From the NCBI GenBank assembly GCA_963717525.1, contig OY970343.1, forward strand, positions 672,001 to 736,000: a stretch of 64,000 bases of DNA. Direction: 5' to 3'. Source of the DNA: an uncultured Methanoregulaceae archaeon. GTDB taxonomy: Archaea > Halobacteriota > Methanomicrobia > Methanomicrobiales > Methanospirillaceae. Shown in pieces: positions 51,789-61,974 of the stretch (the stretch's first letter is position 1; each line of letters starts with the position of its first letter). The position numbers and the translations under genes are program-made. The notes below the pieces were generated by a model. It made no database searches. It was given only the letters and a program-made list of their open reading frames with translations, and was not told the origin of the DNA.

Positions 51789-52895
51789 TCAGGTAAATTC
51801 TCGTGCCGGATCCAGCTGGATCTCATGCGGCAGCCGGGCCAGCGCAACAGCCCCGAGCGCCCCGATCACCCCGTTGCCGCCAAAAAGCACAGCGCCGGAT
51901 TGCCGTGCTGCCTCGTCTGCCTCAGCCCGGCTGACCTCCTCTTCCCTCACCCTTCTCCCGTACTCCCTCAAGCCTGCAGGAACCGTCATACCCCCCAGAA
52001 ACGCAAGCCCCCATTCTGGCGAGAGGGTCTCGTTCTCCACAAACTCGCGGCTCTTTGCCATCACCCGGTCAATCCGGGACGGGTGAACAGCTACCTCAAT
52101 ATAACTCGCCGAATTACCGGCAGTCTTGTTCTCTATTTTCTCGTTGAGCATCACGACATGGTGGCTGATGGGGAGTACGGCCCTCCCCACCGAGATCTGC
52201 CTCAGCAGCGCAAGAGCGAGGGCAAACGTCGCACCCCCTTCCTTCGAATCGGTATCATCCACACCGATGGTGAGGTGGGTGAGTGCCTGTGTCCAGACGT
52301 TGCCTTCCACGATCCCCCCGGCATGGTCGAGTTCGACGCGGACAACCCCTTCCGCCCGTGACATCATGTCGGTAAGCGAGTACGCCGGGCCGCCGATGCA
52401 GCGGATCCGCTGGACGATATGATCCCCCACGTACCTGACGCCGGAGATCCCCACCGCGGAATGGGGAGGAAGCCCGATGGAGACCGGGGCGTCGCCGATC
52501 CGGGCACACTCACGCAGGAGCGTCCCGTCGCGCTCCACAGCTGTCACCACGCCCCCCGCATGGGAGTGATGGTACCCGCAGAACGCCGCACAGGCCCCGC
52601 TCATGCAGTCATGGAAGACCTCGACCTGTTCCCCGTCCGTGGTGGTAAAGATCCTCCGGCAGGTACTCTCTGGGATGGCAGAAAGCGCAGCGTACCGGGC
52701 GGCTGCTCTCCCTGACTTCTCTTTTTTTACAAGGACGCACCCTTCCCGGACGAGCCTTGTAACCCAGTCCTGAGCCGTGCTCCTCGGGATACCCGCCGCC
52801 TTCTGGATGTCTGTCACTGTAAAAAAACCGGCATCCTGCGTGAACTGGCGCATCAGGCGCAGGTATTCCCGCCGGTGTTCAAGCACGCTTGCCAT
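51789..52895 (-). CDS. HTH domain fused to a methanogenesis-marker-11/TiaS-like domain
   Basis: N-terminal wHTH (FTVTDIQKAAGIPRSTAQDWVTRL); HDCMSGACAAFCGYHH; IGVDDTDSKEGGATF; KTAGN; ETLS; GVIGALGA. Confidence 0.65.
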   Translation of the reverse strand: MASVLEHRREYLRLMRQFTQDAGFFTVTDIQKAAGIPRSTAQDWVTRLVREGCVLVKKEKSGRAAARYAALSAIPESTCRRIFTTTDGEQVEVFHDCMSGACAAFCGYHHSHAGGVVTAVERDGTLLRECARIGDAPVSIGLPPHSAVGISGVRYVGDHIVQRIRCIGGPAYSLTDMMSRAEGVVRVELDHAGGIVEGNVWTQALTHLTIGVDDTDSKEGGATFALALALLRQISVGRAVLPISHHVVMLNEKIENKTAGNSASYIEVAVHPSRIDRVMAKSREFVENETLSPEWGLAFLGGMTVPAGLREYGRRVREEEVSRAEADEAARQSGAVLFGGNGVIGALGAVALARLPHEIQLDPAREFT

Positions 52896-53865
52896 AGTGG
52901 TCGCGGATATACAGGATATCGCCAATAATGGCGCTCGCCGTCTCGATCGATCCCGCACCCTTGCCGATCAGCGTGATCTCTTTTGCCATATCGGTCTCGA
53001 GGGTAAGTGCATTTAAGGTCCCTTCGACCACGAGCGGGTGATTCTTCTCGATGAGACGCGGCGAGACCCGAAGGATCTTTTTCCTCGGTATTGCCTCGGC
53101 GATCAACCGGATGGTACAATCTCCCTCCTCCGCAAGACGCAATGCATCCGGGGTGAGCAGGTCGATACCGGTCAAATCAATATCGGCAAGTTTTGTCCCG
53201 TCTCCCCAGATGGTGTTTGCGAGGATCACGAGTTTAATTGCAGCATCGATCCCCTTCACATCGTAGGTTGGATCCGCCTCAGCATACCCCATCTCCCGCG
53301 CCTCCATGAGCGCCTGCTCGTAGGTAAGCCCTTCATCTGCCATCCGTGTCAGGATATAGTTGCAGGTCCCGTTTAGGACACCGTAGATCGCGATGATCTC
53401 GTTCCCACCCAGGCCGTCTTCGAGCATGTGCATGATGGGGATAGCCCCGCCGACTGTGGCCTCGTACCGGAGTGCCACACCCTTCTTTTTTGCAAGCGCC
53501 GCCAGCTCACGGTATGCAAGGGCGATCGGGCCTTTGTTGGAGGTAACGATATGCTTTTTTCGTGCAAGGGCAGCGCGAATATACCCGAGCGCCGGTTCAC
53601 CGGTGAGTGCGTTTGTCGGTGTCACCTCGATAAGGACATCGAAGTCCGCTTTTTTGATCACGTCCATCGCAGCAATTGCCCGGTCACCACAGATACCGTT
53701 CGTGCGTTTGGTTTCGAGTACCTCCATGATGTCGATACCCTCGTTACAGATATATCCGCTCTTTGAGTCTGCAATCCCCGTGATCGTGATGCCGGGATTT
53801 TTTTTCGCGATCATCTCCGTGACACCTCGTCCCACGGAACCGAGCCCGATCAGTGCCGCCTTCAT
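52879..53865 (-). CDS. hom: Homoserine dehydrogenase
   Basis: GLGSVG, TSNKGP, EATVGGAIP, NGTCN, GYAEADP..DVKGID, GAGSIETA. Confidence 0.95.
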   Translation of the reverse strand: MKAALIGLGSVGRGVTEMIAKKNPGITITGIADSKSGYICNEGIDIMEVLETKRTNGICGDRAIAAMDVIKKADFDVLIEVTPTNALTGEPALGYIRAALARKKHIVTSNKGPIALAYRELAALAKKKGVALRYEATVGGAIPIMHMLEDGLGGNEIIAIYGVLNGTCNYILTRMADEGLTYEQALMEAREMGYAEADPTYDVKGIDAAIKLVILANTIWGDGTKLADIDLTGIDLLTPDALRLAEEGDCTIRLIAEAIPRKKILRVSPRLIEKNHPLVVEGTLNALTLETDMAKEITLIGKGAGSIETASAIIGDILYIRDHYGKRA

Positions 53866-54365
53866 GCGATCTCCTCCAGCGGCTCGATCAGAAGAAGCGA
53901 CTTCTGCACTGCGACCCGGCGCAGGATGGCGATCGCTGCGTCCATATCAGCCCGGTTGGTCGCCTTGATCATGACCCGGGATGTCGAACGTTCGTTTATG
54001 GCCGGGATGCTCATCGAGATCTCGCAGACCTCCGCAAACCCCGTGGAATCGATCTGGTCGACTGTGTCGGAAAGGTCTGTATGCATGAGGTGGCCGATCA
54101 GGATAACCGTCCGCTTGTAGAGCAGGCGCTCTTTTCCTATCCTCTGGATATGGACACCCTGCTCCTTTAAGAGAGTCACCAGAGTGTCGAGACGACCTTC
54201 AGGAAGCGCAAGCACAATCTGGACGTTTAACATGCGCTGGCTGGATTCCGGATCACGGTGGTGGATGACCGCAATGATGTTTCCCCCCACGTCAGAGATC
54301 GGTTTGAGGGCTGCAACCAGTTGTCCGGGGGAATCCTTCATCTCAAGTTTCATCGAGACCTGCAA
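53862..54365 (-). CDS. ACT-domain protein (probable allosteric partner of Hom, COG2061-like)
   Basis: DSPGQL...L.PIS..GGNI..VIH; LIGHLMHTDL.DTVD; 4-bp overlap with hom. Confidence 0.85.
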   Translation of the reverse strand: MQVSMKLEMKDSPGQLVAALKPISDVGGNIIAVIHHRDPESSQRMLNVQIVLALPEGRLDTLVTLLKEQGVHIQRIGKERLLYKRTVILIGHLMHTDLSDTVDQIDSTGFAEVCEISMSIPAINERSTSRVMIKATNRADMDAAIAILRRVAVQKSLLLIEPLEEIA

Positions 54366-54443
54366 CTTTTACCACCTTGTCAACAAGAATAGAGCCGCCC
54401 ATAAAGAAAAGCTTGTTCTTTTCTTGTGCACGGACGGGTTCGT

Positions 54444-55256
54444 CTAGAGCTTCCGGAGCTTGTTATCCACTTTTTCAAAGAAATTCCGGTGCGCGTCGAC
54501 GAACAGGGCCGGTTGTGCCGCTTGCTTTACGACAAGAGAGGCCGAGCCCCCCAGCTCCACGGTCTTTTGCCCGTCAATGACGAGCCTTGCAGGCTTTGAG
54601 CTCTCCAGCCGGATCTCAAGCCTGCGGTTGCTGCTGATAAGATGGGGGCGGGACGAGAGGAGGTAGGGAGCGAGCGGAACAAGGAGGAAACCCTGGATCC
54701 GGGGATCGACAATCGGCCCTCCGGCACTCATGGCATATGCGGTCGAACCGGTAGGTGTGCTCACAAGCAAACCGTCAGATCGGAACTGTTCAGTGACCAC
54801 TCCGTCAATTAAGATCGAGAACCTCAGCATCTTTGCCGGCCGGGTCGTGACGATGAGCGCCTCGTTCAGTGCATCACCGAGAGGCTTGTTATCCCGCAGG
54901 AGGGAAAGCCGCATTCGTTCTTCAACGGCAAATCCCGGGGCGAGCGATCGTACAAAATCCCCGGCCTCACCGGATTCGAGATCCGCAAGAAATCCCACCT
55001 CTCCGTGGTTGATCCCGATGATAGGTATCTGGTCGTGCAACTGCTGCACAGTGCGCAGGATCGTGCCATCCCCACCAATCACGACTGCGATTTCCGCGTT
55101 TGCCTGGCCACAGGGAAGTCCGGCCCCACCTAGGCGGGAGGCGGTATCCGTCTCAAGGATAACCGTATGCCCATTCTGCTCCAGTGCAGTCTTCATCTGT
55201 CGGGCACAGTCAAGGGCTTCGGGCAGGTCGATACGGGAAACAAGAAGGCATTTCAT
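54444..55256 (-). CDS. nadK: NAD kinase
   Basis: [34 protein letters not shown]. Confidence 0.94.
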   Translation of the reverse strand: MKCLLVSRIDLPEALDCARQMKTALEQNGHTVILETDTASRLGGAGLPCGQANAEIAVVIGGDGTILRTVQQLHDQIPIIGINHGEVGFLADLESGEAGDFVRSLAPGFAVEERMRLSLLRDNKPLGDALNEALIVTTRPAKMLRFSILIDGVVTEQFRSDGLLVSTPTGSTAYAMSAGGPIVDPRIQGFLLVPLAPYLLSSRPHLISSNRRLEIRLESSKPARLVIDGQKTVELGGSASLVVKQAAQPALFVDAHRNFFEKVDNKLRKL

Positions 55257-55262
55257 GGGTTA

Positions 55263-56039
55263 TCACCGCAGGTACTCGATCACCTTGTGGTGCAGCACAC
55301 TGTTTGTAGCAATAATGCACCGTCCAACTGTCACTTCTTCGGGAAAGTTAAGGGGTTCGCCGTTCAGGTCGGACACGGTTCCGCCGGCTTCTGTGCAGAT
55401 GAGCATTCCGGCTGCAGCATCGGTCACCCGGAGGGTACTTCTGAGATCCACGAACCCATCGATCCTCCCGGCACCCACATAGCAGAGTTCGAGCGCGGAA
55501 GCGCCAAGAAGCCGCCACCGCCGGATCTTGTGGCCGAGCTGCATCATCCGGGTCGGATCGAATTTCCGGCCGTAGATGCTCATCGCGCACTTGTCCAGCC
55601 GGACTGTTGTGGAGACACGGATCGGCTTCCCGTTGCACCGGGCAAATTTGCCCCGTACTGCGGTGAATGTTTCTCCCGTGGCCAGGTCCTGGACAAATGC
55701 CTCCTGGACGACCCCCTCATGTGCCCATGCGAGGGAGAGGGCATAGAACGGGATGCCGGTTACCGCGTTGTACGTTCCGTCCACCGGGTCGAGGAATATG
55801 GTTCCCTTCCCGCCATCCATCGATACCCTCCCTGCCTCCTCGCTGACAAGAACCGAGCAGAGATCGTGTTCCCGGAGATAACCGATCACGCAGTCTTCTG
55901 CGACCTGGTCGATCTTTTCGGTCGGCGTGTGGTCGGCACCCATCCGGATAACCTCTCCACCGGCCGGTGATCCCACCAGCGGCCTGATGTTTTCCCGTAC
56001 CAGGGCAGCCATCTCATCGCAGGCAGAAAGGAAATTCAT
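55263..56039 (-). CDS. Inositol monophosphatase/FBPase family phosphatase
   Basis: SEE, LDPVDGTYN, GASALE, DAAAG. Confidence 0.92.
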   Translation of the reverse strand: MNFLSACDEMAALVRENIRPLVGSPAGGEVIRMGADHTPTEKIDQVAEDCVIGYLREHDLCSVLVSEEAGRVSMDGGKGTIFLDPVDGTYNAVTGIPFYALSLAWAHEGVVQEAFVQDLATGETFTAVRGKFARCNGKPIRVSTTVRLDKCAMSIYGRKFDPTRMMQLGHKIRRWRLLGASALELCYVGAGRIDGFVDLRSTLRVTDAAAGMLICTEAGGTVSDLNGEPLNFPEEVTVGRCIIATNSVLHHKVIEYLR

Positions 56040-56146
56040 GGGAATAAAAACCTCTAAATGCGGTCAACGTTGTATTTATGTACCGCAATAAAGATAAATT
56101 ACTTCTGCGCTTAAGATATGGATACGTTTTAGGTTGTGAAACAAAA

Positions 56147-56524
56147 ATGAAGGAACAGACAGAAATCGGAAAGATAAAAGAAGGACGTTATATCGTTGTG
56201 GATGACGAGCCGTGCAAGGTGGTCGGTCTTGCTACCTCAAAACCCGGGAAACACGGAGCTGCAAAGGCACGGATTGATGCGGTCGGCATATTCGATGGCG
56301 TGAAGCGATCTATCGTCCAGCCGGTATCGGCAAAGACATATGTCCCGGTCGTCGAGCGCAAGAGCGGGCAGGTCATCTCCATTGCCGGGGACATGGCGCA
56401 GCTTATGGACATGAAGGATTATTCCAACTTTGAAATTGCCATCCCTGCGGACAAGAAGGGCCAGCTTGAGGTGGGAAAGGAGATCATGTATATCGAATCT
56501 ATGGGGAAGAGGAAACTCGACTGA
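56147..56524 (+). CDS. eif5a: Translation factor aIF-5A
   Basis: SKPGKHGAAKAR hypusination motif. Confidence 0.96.
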   Translation: MKEQTEIGKIKEGRYIVVDDEPCKVVGLATSKPGKHGAAKARIDAVGIFDGVKRSIVQPVSAKTYVPVVERKSGQVISIAGDMAQLMDMKDYSNFEIAIPADKKGQLEVGKEIMYIESMGKRKLD

Positions 56525-56717
56525 TCGTATCAGACAGTTGCCTATAGTTTTTTTAATTGCAAGATAGTATCCGGTTTTTTCTCAGAAAATTTTGAGCCGG
56601 AAATATGATTCGTTCCCCGATTACTTTTGATTGGTCTTTTTCAGTGTAGACTGACTGGCATTTAACATCCTTTTTTCTAGTTAATCTGTATTCGCTTATT
56701 CTGTCATTCTTCTGAGG

Positions 56718-57551
56718 TCAGTATTGCCCGATGTAACGGGTGGGGATAAGAATTTTGATCGTATAGGAACCGATATTCTGTGAATTGATGATGAAGTAAT
56801 ACCCTCTCCCTCCTTCGTAGAATTTTTCAAGCCACGGGCGGGGATCTGTGGAGGAAGGTGTCGGGGTTGGCATTATCGTGGCATATTTGGGTGTGGTGGT
56901 TATGGTTACAGCCGGAGTCGCGTAGGCAATACCTCCCCAAAGATTGAAATCAATTCCCCCGGGTGGTGAGACGGTTCTCACAATTCTGTTGGGATCTGTT
57001 GCATCCATGACCTGGATTGAAAACTGCGGTTGTAACGTCGAATATGATCCCTGAATTCCGCTGACAGAAGCACCGGTTCCATAGGTCGGGGTAATTGCAA
57101 ACGATGCTACAGCAGCAGGTTCGGGCGCTGGCTGGATAGTATAGGATAATTCCCAGTACGGAAACGGTATGTTTACAACCTGGGTGGTTCCGCTGTAATC
57201 TCCCGATATGGTTGCATAGACGGTTCTTCGGTTATCCGGCTGGGTTGCATTGATGTGGGTACCCTGAGGCAGGGATTGGTTGGCAGAGATCTGGTAGGTT
57301 CCGGGATTAACAAAACCGATAGTCTGGACCTTCTGGTTCCATGTCGGTACCGGAGTAGGGTGGGTTGTGGAGGGGATCGCAGTAATGGCTGGGTATACCA
57401 CAAGAGGTGTAAGAGTTACTGAAGGAACTGGTGTTGCAAAAGAAAGGCCGATATTAACCGGCTGTCCCGTGGCCATTGGTTTGATAACGAATGCGATAAC
57501 GAGTATGATACAGAACGCCGCTATGATGTAGGTGATATCTTTCTTATCCAT
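56718..57551 (-). CDS. Membrane-anchored hypothetical protein, divergent from the archaellins
   Basis: N-terminal TM helix, Thr/Pro-rich linkers, PFPYWEL and DPRPW..KFYEG segments. Confidence 0.7.
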   Translation of the reverse strand: MDKKDITYIIAAFCIILVIAFVIKPMATGQPVNIGLSFATPVPSVTLTPLVVYPAITAIPSTTHPTPVPTWNQKVQTIGFVNPGTYQISANQSLPQGTHINATQPDNRRTVYATISGDYSGTTQVVNIPFPYWELSYTIQPAPEPAAVASFAITPTYGTGASVSGIQGSYSTLQPQFSIQVMDATDPNRIVRTVSPPGGIDFNLWGGIAYATPAVTITTTPKYATIMPTPTPSSTDPRPWLEKFYEGGRGYYFIINSQNIGSYTIKILIPTRYIGQY

Positions 57552-57812
57552 GTTTACTATATTCTCCTATGGGAGTGTTCATACATAAAAAGTGGTGACG
57601 CTCTTGCCCGGCCCTTCTTTGCATCGGATATCCGGAATAAGTAAATCTCCATATATGCTCCTTTCAATTCCAGCATGTGCGCATAAAAATTTAAAAAAAA
57701 ATGCTCAATGGGTTTTTGCGTTTTGCCAAAGATATTTATAGAATAAACACATTTTAACAAAGTAGAGACGCTGGTACCGACTAGTGTCTACTAAATTCAC
57801 GAAGGTGAATTC

Positions 57813-58395
57813 ATGAGTTCGCGTAAACATAACGATGAAGGGTTCACCGGCCTCGAGGCAGCGATTGTGCTCATCGCATTCGTTGTCGTAGCGGCGGTGT
57901 TCTCATACGTGGTGCTTGGCGCCGGGTTCTTCACGACGCAGAAGGCACAGCAGACTGTACACACTGGTGTGAGCCAGGCAACATCTGCAGTGGAACCATC
58001 AGGGCCGGTTAGTATACACAGTGCTGATGGAAGTACGCATTGATAATATTACCTTCTACCTCCAGCTTGCCGCGGGAGGTTCCCCGGTGGACATGAGCAA
58101 AGTAACATATACGGTTTCCACGTCTCAAAACGTACAAACCTTTACCAACGCTAGCGTTCTTTACTCGTGGGTTCAGCAAAACCAGCCGATAGATCCGAAT
58201 CAGGGGCTCCATGCCGGATTGCTCAATCCCCGTGAAATGGTTCTTGTATCGGTTGATCCAGGATTCACTGCAGCACAACTCGGTGTCAACTCCCCATTTG
58301 TTGTTCAGGTGAACCCGCCAATCGGTGCAGCGCTCCCGATTGCAAGGACGGTTCCTGCAGGACTGACGCCAAACCAATGGTATGAGGTATACTAA
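57813..58395 (+). CDS. arlB: Archaellin (apparent +1 frameshift at about 58038)
   Basis: DEG|FTGLEAAIVLIAFVVVAAVFS; continues IDNITFYLQLAAGGSPVDMS...LLNPRE in the next frame. Confidence 0.9.
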
Positions 58396-58401
58396 AGGAG
58401 G

Positions 58402-59022
58402 GTGAAAAAAATGAGAAACCTTTACTCACAGGATGCATTCACCGGACTTGAAGCAGCGATTGTCCTCATCGCATTTGTCGTCGTTGCTGCAGTATTCTCG
58501 TACGTGGTGCTCGGCGCCGGGTTCTTCACATCCCAGACTGCGCAGTCAACCGTTCACACGGGAGTGGCACAGGCCAGTTCAAGTCTGCAGGAGGTTGGGA
58601 ATACCTATGCGATTGCAGATACGTCTATGAAATACATTGACTATGTGAATGTAACTGTCGCACTCACTGCAGGTGGCACACCCATCGATCTCTCTAGCAT
58701 GGTGGTATCCTATACCGATAATAACGGAGGCCACAATGCAAACATGACCTATGGGGGCATAGGGACTGATAATGGAGTTTCAGCCTGTCCGGACAATACG
58801 GGCGACCGCCCAACTACCTGGTGCATTGGAGAGAAAATCAATAACATAACAACGGGTGCCATGCTCGATAACAATGCACAGATGATTCTCATGGTAGGTG
58901 TGCCTTCATCAGCGACGCCTAACACAGTCTTCTCGATTAATTTCCAGCCCTCTGTCGGAGCAGTCCTCCCCATCCAGAGGACGATCCCCGGTGGCCTGAC
59001 CGCAGTCCAGCCAGTCTACTAA
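58402..59022 (+). CDS. arlB: Archaellin
   Basis: DA|FTGLEAAIVLIAFVVVAAVFS, LTAGGTPIDL, PSVGAVLPIQRTIP. Confidence 0.94.
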   Translation: MKKMRNLYSQDAFTGLEAAIVLIAFVVVAAVFSYVVLGAGFFTSQTAQSTVHTGVAQASSSLQEVGNTYAIADTSMKYIDYVNVTVALTAGGTPIDLSSMVVSYTDNNGGHNANMTYGGIGTDNGVSACPDNTGDRPTTWCIGEKINNITTGAMLDNNAQMILMVGVPSSATPNTVFSINFQPSVGAVLPIQRTIPGGLTAVQPVY

Positions 59023-59303
59023 ATCCTTTTTTTATTGAATTCGCCGCCAACCCTCATATCCCGATTCACGCACCTTCACTGCAGACGCGGATACTTACGA
59101 TAAAATCCCCGTCACTGAAAAGGTATCTCAACAAGTCTGGTTTGCCCTGAATGGATCTGTATCGTTAAGGTATTCTCTCTCCCATCTCCGTAAGTTGAGC
59201 AGAAAAACCAATTCCTGAACCCAAAAACAGGAAAATATGCATTCCATTCCTCCATTCCCGGAACAAAGTATATTAATAAAAAACAGGATAATAACTAAAT
59301 ATT

Positions 59304-60205
59304 ATGGCGGTAAATCAGGCTCAGGTCGACCATATCATCACCGCGGCTTCTGAGGATGATCCCGAGGTCAAGCTCCAGAACCTCGAACGGGAAGTTGACC
59401 TGATTAAAACCTCCATCAAGCGCCTTTTAATGGATATCAGGGAACGGATGAACGAGATGGAGAACCCTTTTACCCTTGCAACCACATCTGGAGGAACTGC
59501 CACCGGGGGTGTGACGGATTCTGCAAATGCAGCAAAAAAAGCAGCACTGGATGCAAAGGAGGCGGAGCTCGAAGCACGGGAATCTTCGCTTGATGCCGCA
59601 AAAGCCAAACAGGAGAATATGGACCGTGAAGCGACCGTTAAAAAAGCCGAGCCGGAAACAAAACCCGTGACCGTTCAATCGCCTGCGAACGAGGAGAAAC
59701 ATCTGCCGGATGAAGAGATGATCAGTCTGTTAAAGACCCAGCTACCGGCAATGGCCATAGGGGCAGTCCCAACGCACTTGCAACCGAAAAACTCCGTCTC
59801 CAGAAGGTGTACAAACTGTTCAAGTGGACGAACGCGGCCATTCGTAAGTTCGGGCACGACCGTCTTGACATCATCCTCGAGTCGTACCGCATCATGGGGT
59901 ATATCTCGCGGGAGTCCTGTGACGAGATCAAGGAAATCTCCCGCCTAATGCCCGCAAACCTTGGGGACGAACACGAGGTCGGACCGGATGAGTTTGTATC
60001 AGAACTATACGCACTCAACCGGATCCTCTCTCCCAGCGATTCCTCCCTTGACCGGGACATGATCGAGGTTATGATGGAACAGCGGCAGCAGATTCTTCCG
60101 GTAAAAGAAAGATCCGGGGCTCCAGAATTACCGGCAAAAGAACGGGAACCTTCACGGAATGTTAGGAAGGATGAAGAGTGGATGAACCTCCCGGACAGGA
60201 TCTAA
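59304..60205 (+). CDS. Archaellum accessory protein, ArlC/D/E-like (apparent -1 frameshift at about 59745)
   Basis: N-terminal coiled coil ending MENPF; C-terminal LFKW...KFG...ILESY..MGYIS in another frame; sits between arlB and arlG. Confidence 0.7.
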
Positions 60206-60208
60206 CCA

Positions 60209-60715
60209 ATGTCCGCCGATACATTCACCACAGCCCTGTTCCTGATCACTGCAGTGATAGCAGCGGGAGTACTTATCAGTGCAATATTTCCGGTTTTCTA
60301 CCAGATGGCAGGTACTTTCACTTCTGCCGGTCATGCGGCAGACCAGCAGCTCCGGACCAATATCCAGATTATCTTGCCTTTTGCAAATGAAAGCGGGTAT
60401 GCCCGTGTCTGGATGAAAAATACCGGAAGTACACAAATAGCGCTCTCTGATATTGCACGCTCTGATGTAATCTGCGGGGATGCAGGGAATTTTAACCGGC
60501 TGAGTTTATCATCAACAGGTACTTTAAGCAATGGGCAATGGACTTATACACTGGCCGATCTGAACAATAACAACTACTGGGACCCCGGAGAAACGCTGGA
60601 GATCGATGCATATACCACAACTATACAGCCGACAGATCAGGTCTATTTCCAGTTTGTCCTGCCAAGCGGCGTCTCGACTTCGGACCAGTTTACGGTGACT
60701 GTTCCTCCCTCATAG
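60209..60715 (+). CDS. arlG: Archaellum stator protein ArlG
   Basis: N-terminal TM, WMKNTGS, WDPGETL, position in cluster. Confidence 0.85.
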   Translation: MSADTFTTALFLITAVIAAGVLISAIFPVFYQMAGTFTSAGHAADQQLRTNIQIILPFANESGYARVWMKNTGSTQIALSDIARSDVICGDAGNFNRLSLSSTGTLSNGQWTYTLADLNNNNYWDPGETLEIDAYTTTIQPTDQVYFQFVLPSGVSTSDQFTVTVPPS

Positions 60716-60726
60716 GGTGACCTTGG

Positions 60727-61227
60727 ATGGCGGTTGGAGATCTCATCGGGGCTGCAGTAGGGGTAATATTGCTTGTGATTGTCGCATATCTTCTGGTAGG
60801 GAGTGTTATCTCCACGGCTCTGGTTGTTTCAAATGCCCAGAAATCTGCAACACTTCTGGAAGAAAACCAGTTGAAAACAGATTTTACAATAGTCCAGACA
60901 GGGTTAGAACAAGATTCACAATATTCGACAATCGATATTAACTGCACCATTACCAATACCGGAAACGAGGTCATCTCTGATTTTACCCACATGGACATTA
61001 TTGTCTACGATACGGGAACCAATGACTTCCAGCTGTATACCTATTCCTCTGCCTTGGGCGCCCCCGGCACCTGGACGATCGTTGACAAGGGTTCTGATGT
61101 TATCCATTCATCAGAACTGGATCCCGGGAACACGTATAGGATCCTTGTACGGACAACGGGCACATCTCCCGCCTGGTTCCAGATCACCACGGGAAATGGG
61201 GTATACGCGTCGGCATCTCTCTCGTGA
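60727..61227 (+). CDS. arlF: Archaellum stator protein ArlF
   Basis: N-terminal TM, TNTGNE, LDPG, ITTGNGV. Confidence 0.82.
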   Translation: MAVGDLIGAAVGVILLVIVAYLLVGSVISTALVVSNAQKSATLLEENQLKTDFTIVQTGLEQDSQYSTIDINCTITNTGNEVISDFTHMDIIVYDTGTNDFQLYTYSSALGAPGTWTIVDKGSDVIHSSELDPGNTYRILVRTTGTSPAWFQITTGNGVYASASLS

Positions 61228-61238
61228 GGAAAGAAAAT

Positions 61239-61973
61239 ATGGCAGTTGAACTTTCCGATCTGATGGGTGGCGAGGACCGGCAGATCATATCCACCGGCAA
61301 CAACGAACTGGACAAGAAGATAGCCGATGGCCTTCCGGTGGGATCCCTGACCCTCATTGAAGGGGAGAACGATACCGGCAAGAGTGTCCTTACCCAGCAG
61401 ATTGTCTGGGGCGCCATGAAACAGGGTATGTCTGTTGACTTGTTTTCCACGGAGAACACGAGCAAGAGCTTCATCAAACAGATGGAATCGATGAGCCTTG
61501 ATATCTCCGATTATTTTGCATGGGGATATCTCAAGGTCTTTCCTCTCCATGTGGTGGGTTTTGAATGGAAAAAAGAGGAGATGGAAGGGATCCTGATGCG
61601 GCTGATTACCTATATCAAAAACAGCCCGGCACAGGTTGCCATCGTTGATTCGCTAACGCTTTTCACCGAATACGCAGAGACGGATACCATCCTGACTTTC
61701 TTTACCAACTGCAAATCCCTTGTGGATCATGGCAAGACAATCCTTGTCACGCTTCATACCTATGCATTCGAAGAGGACACCCTTGTACGGATTCGTTCCA
61801 TCTGCGATGCACACCTTAATATGAAAAAGGCTCTTGTCGGGGACAAGTATGTTATGGTCATGGAAGTAGTCAAGGTTCGCGGTGCACGAAAAACGACCGG
61901 AAACCTTGTCAGCTTTGAGGTGCATCCGGGATATGGAATGAAGGTCATCCCGATGAGTTTTGCGAGGATCTGA
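61239..61973 (+). CDS. arlH: Archaellum KaiC-like ATPase ArlH
   Basis: ISTGNNELD, EGENDTGKS, IVDSLT, FEVHPGYG. Confidence 0.93.
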   Translation: MAVELSDLMGGEDRQIISTGNNELDKKIADGLPVGSLTLIEGENDTGKSVLTQQIVWGAMKQGMSVDLFSTENTSKSFIKQMESMSLDISDYFAWGYLKVFPLHVVGFEWKKEEMEGILMRLITYIKNSPAQVAIVDSLTLFTEYAETDTILTFFTNCKSLVDHGKTILVTLHTYAFEEDTLVRIRSICDAHLNMKKALVGDKYVMVMEVVKVRGARKTTGNLVSFEVHPGYGMKVIPMSFARI

Positions 61974-61974
61974 T

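Noticed and set aside
57582..57587. TACATA, the EarA box of Methanococcus, upstream of the archaellins
   Set aside because: Single copy about 230 bp from the start; expected by chance in A/T-rich DNA
57838..58530. DNA similarity between the 5' ends of the two archaellins
   Set aside because: Ordinary conservation of the archaellin N-terminal helix in paralogs
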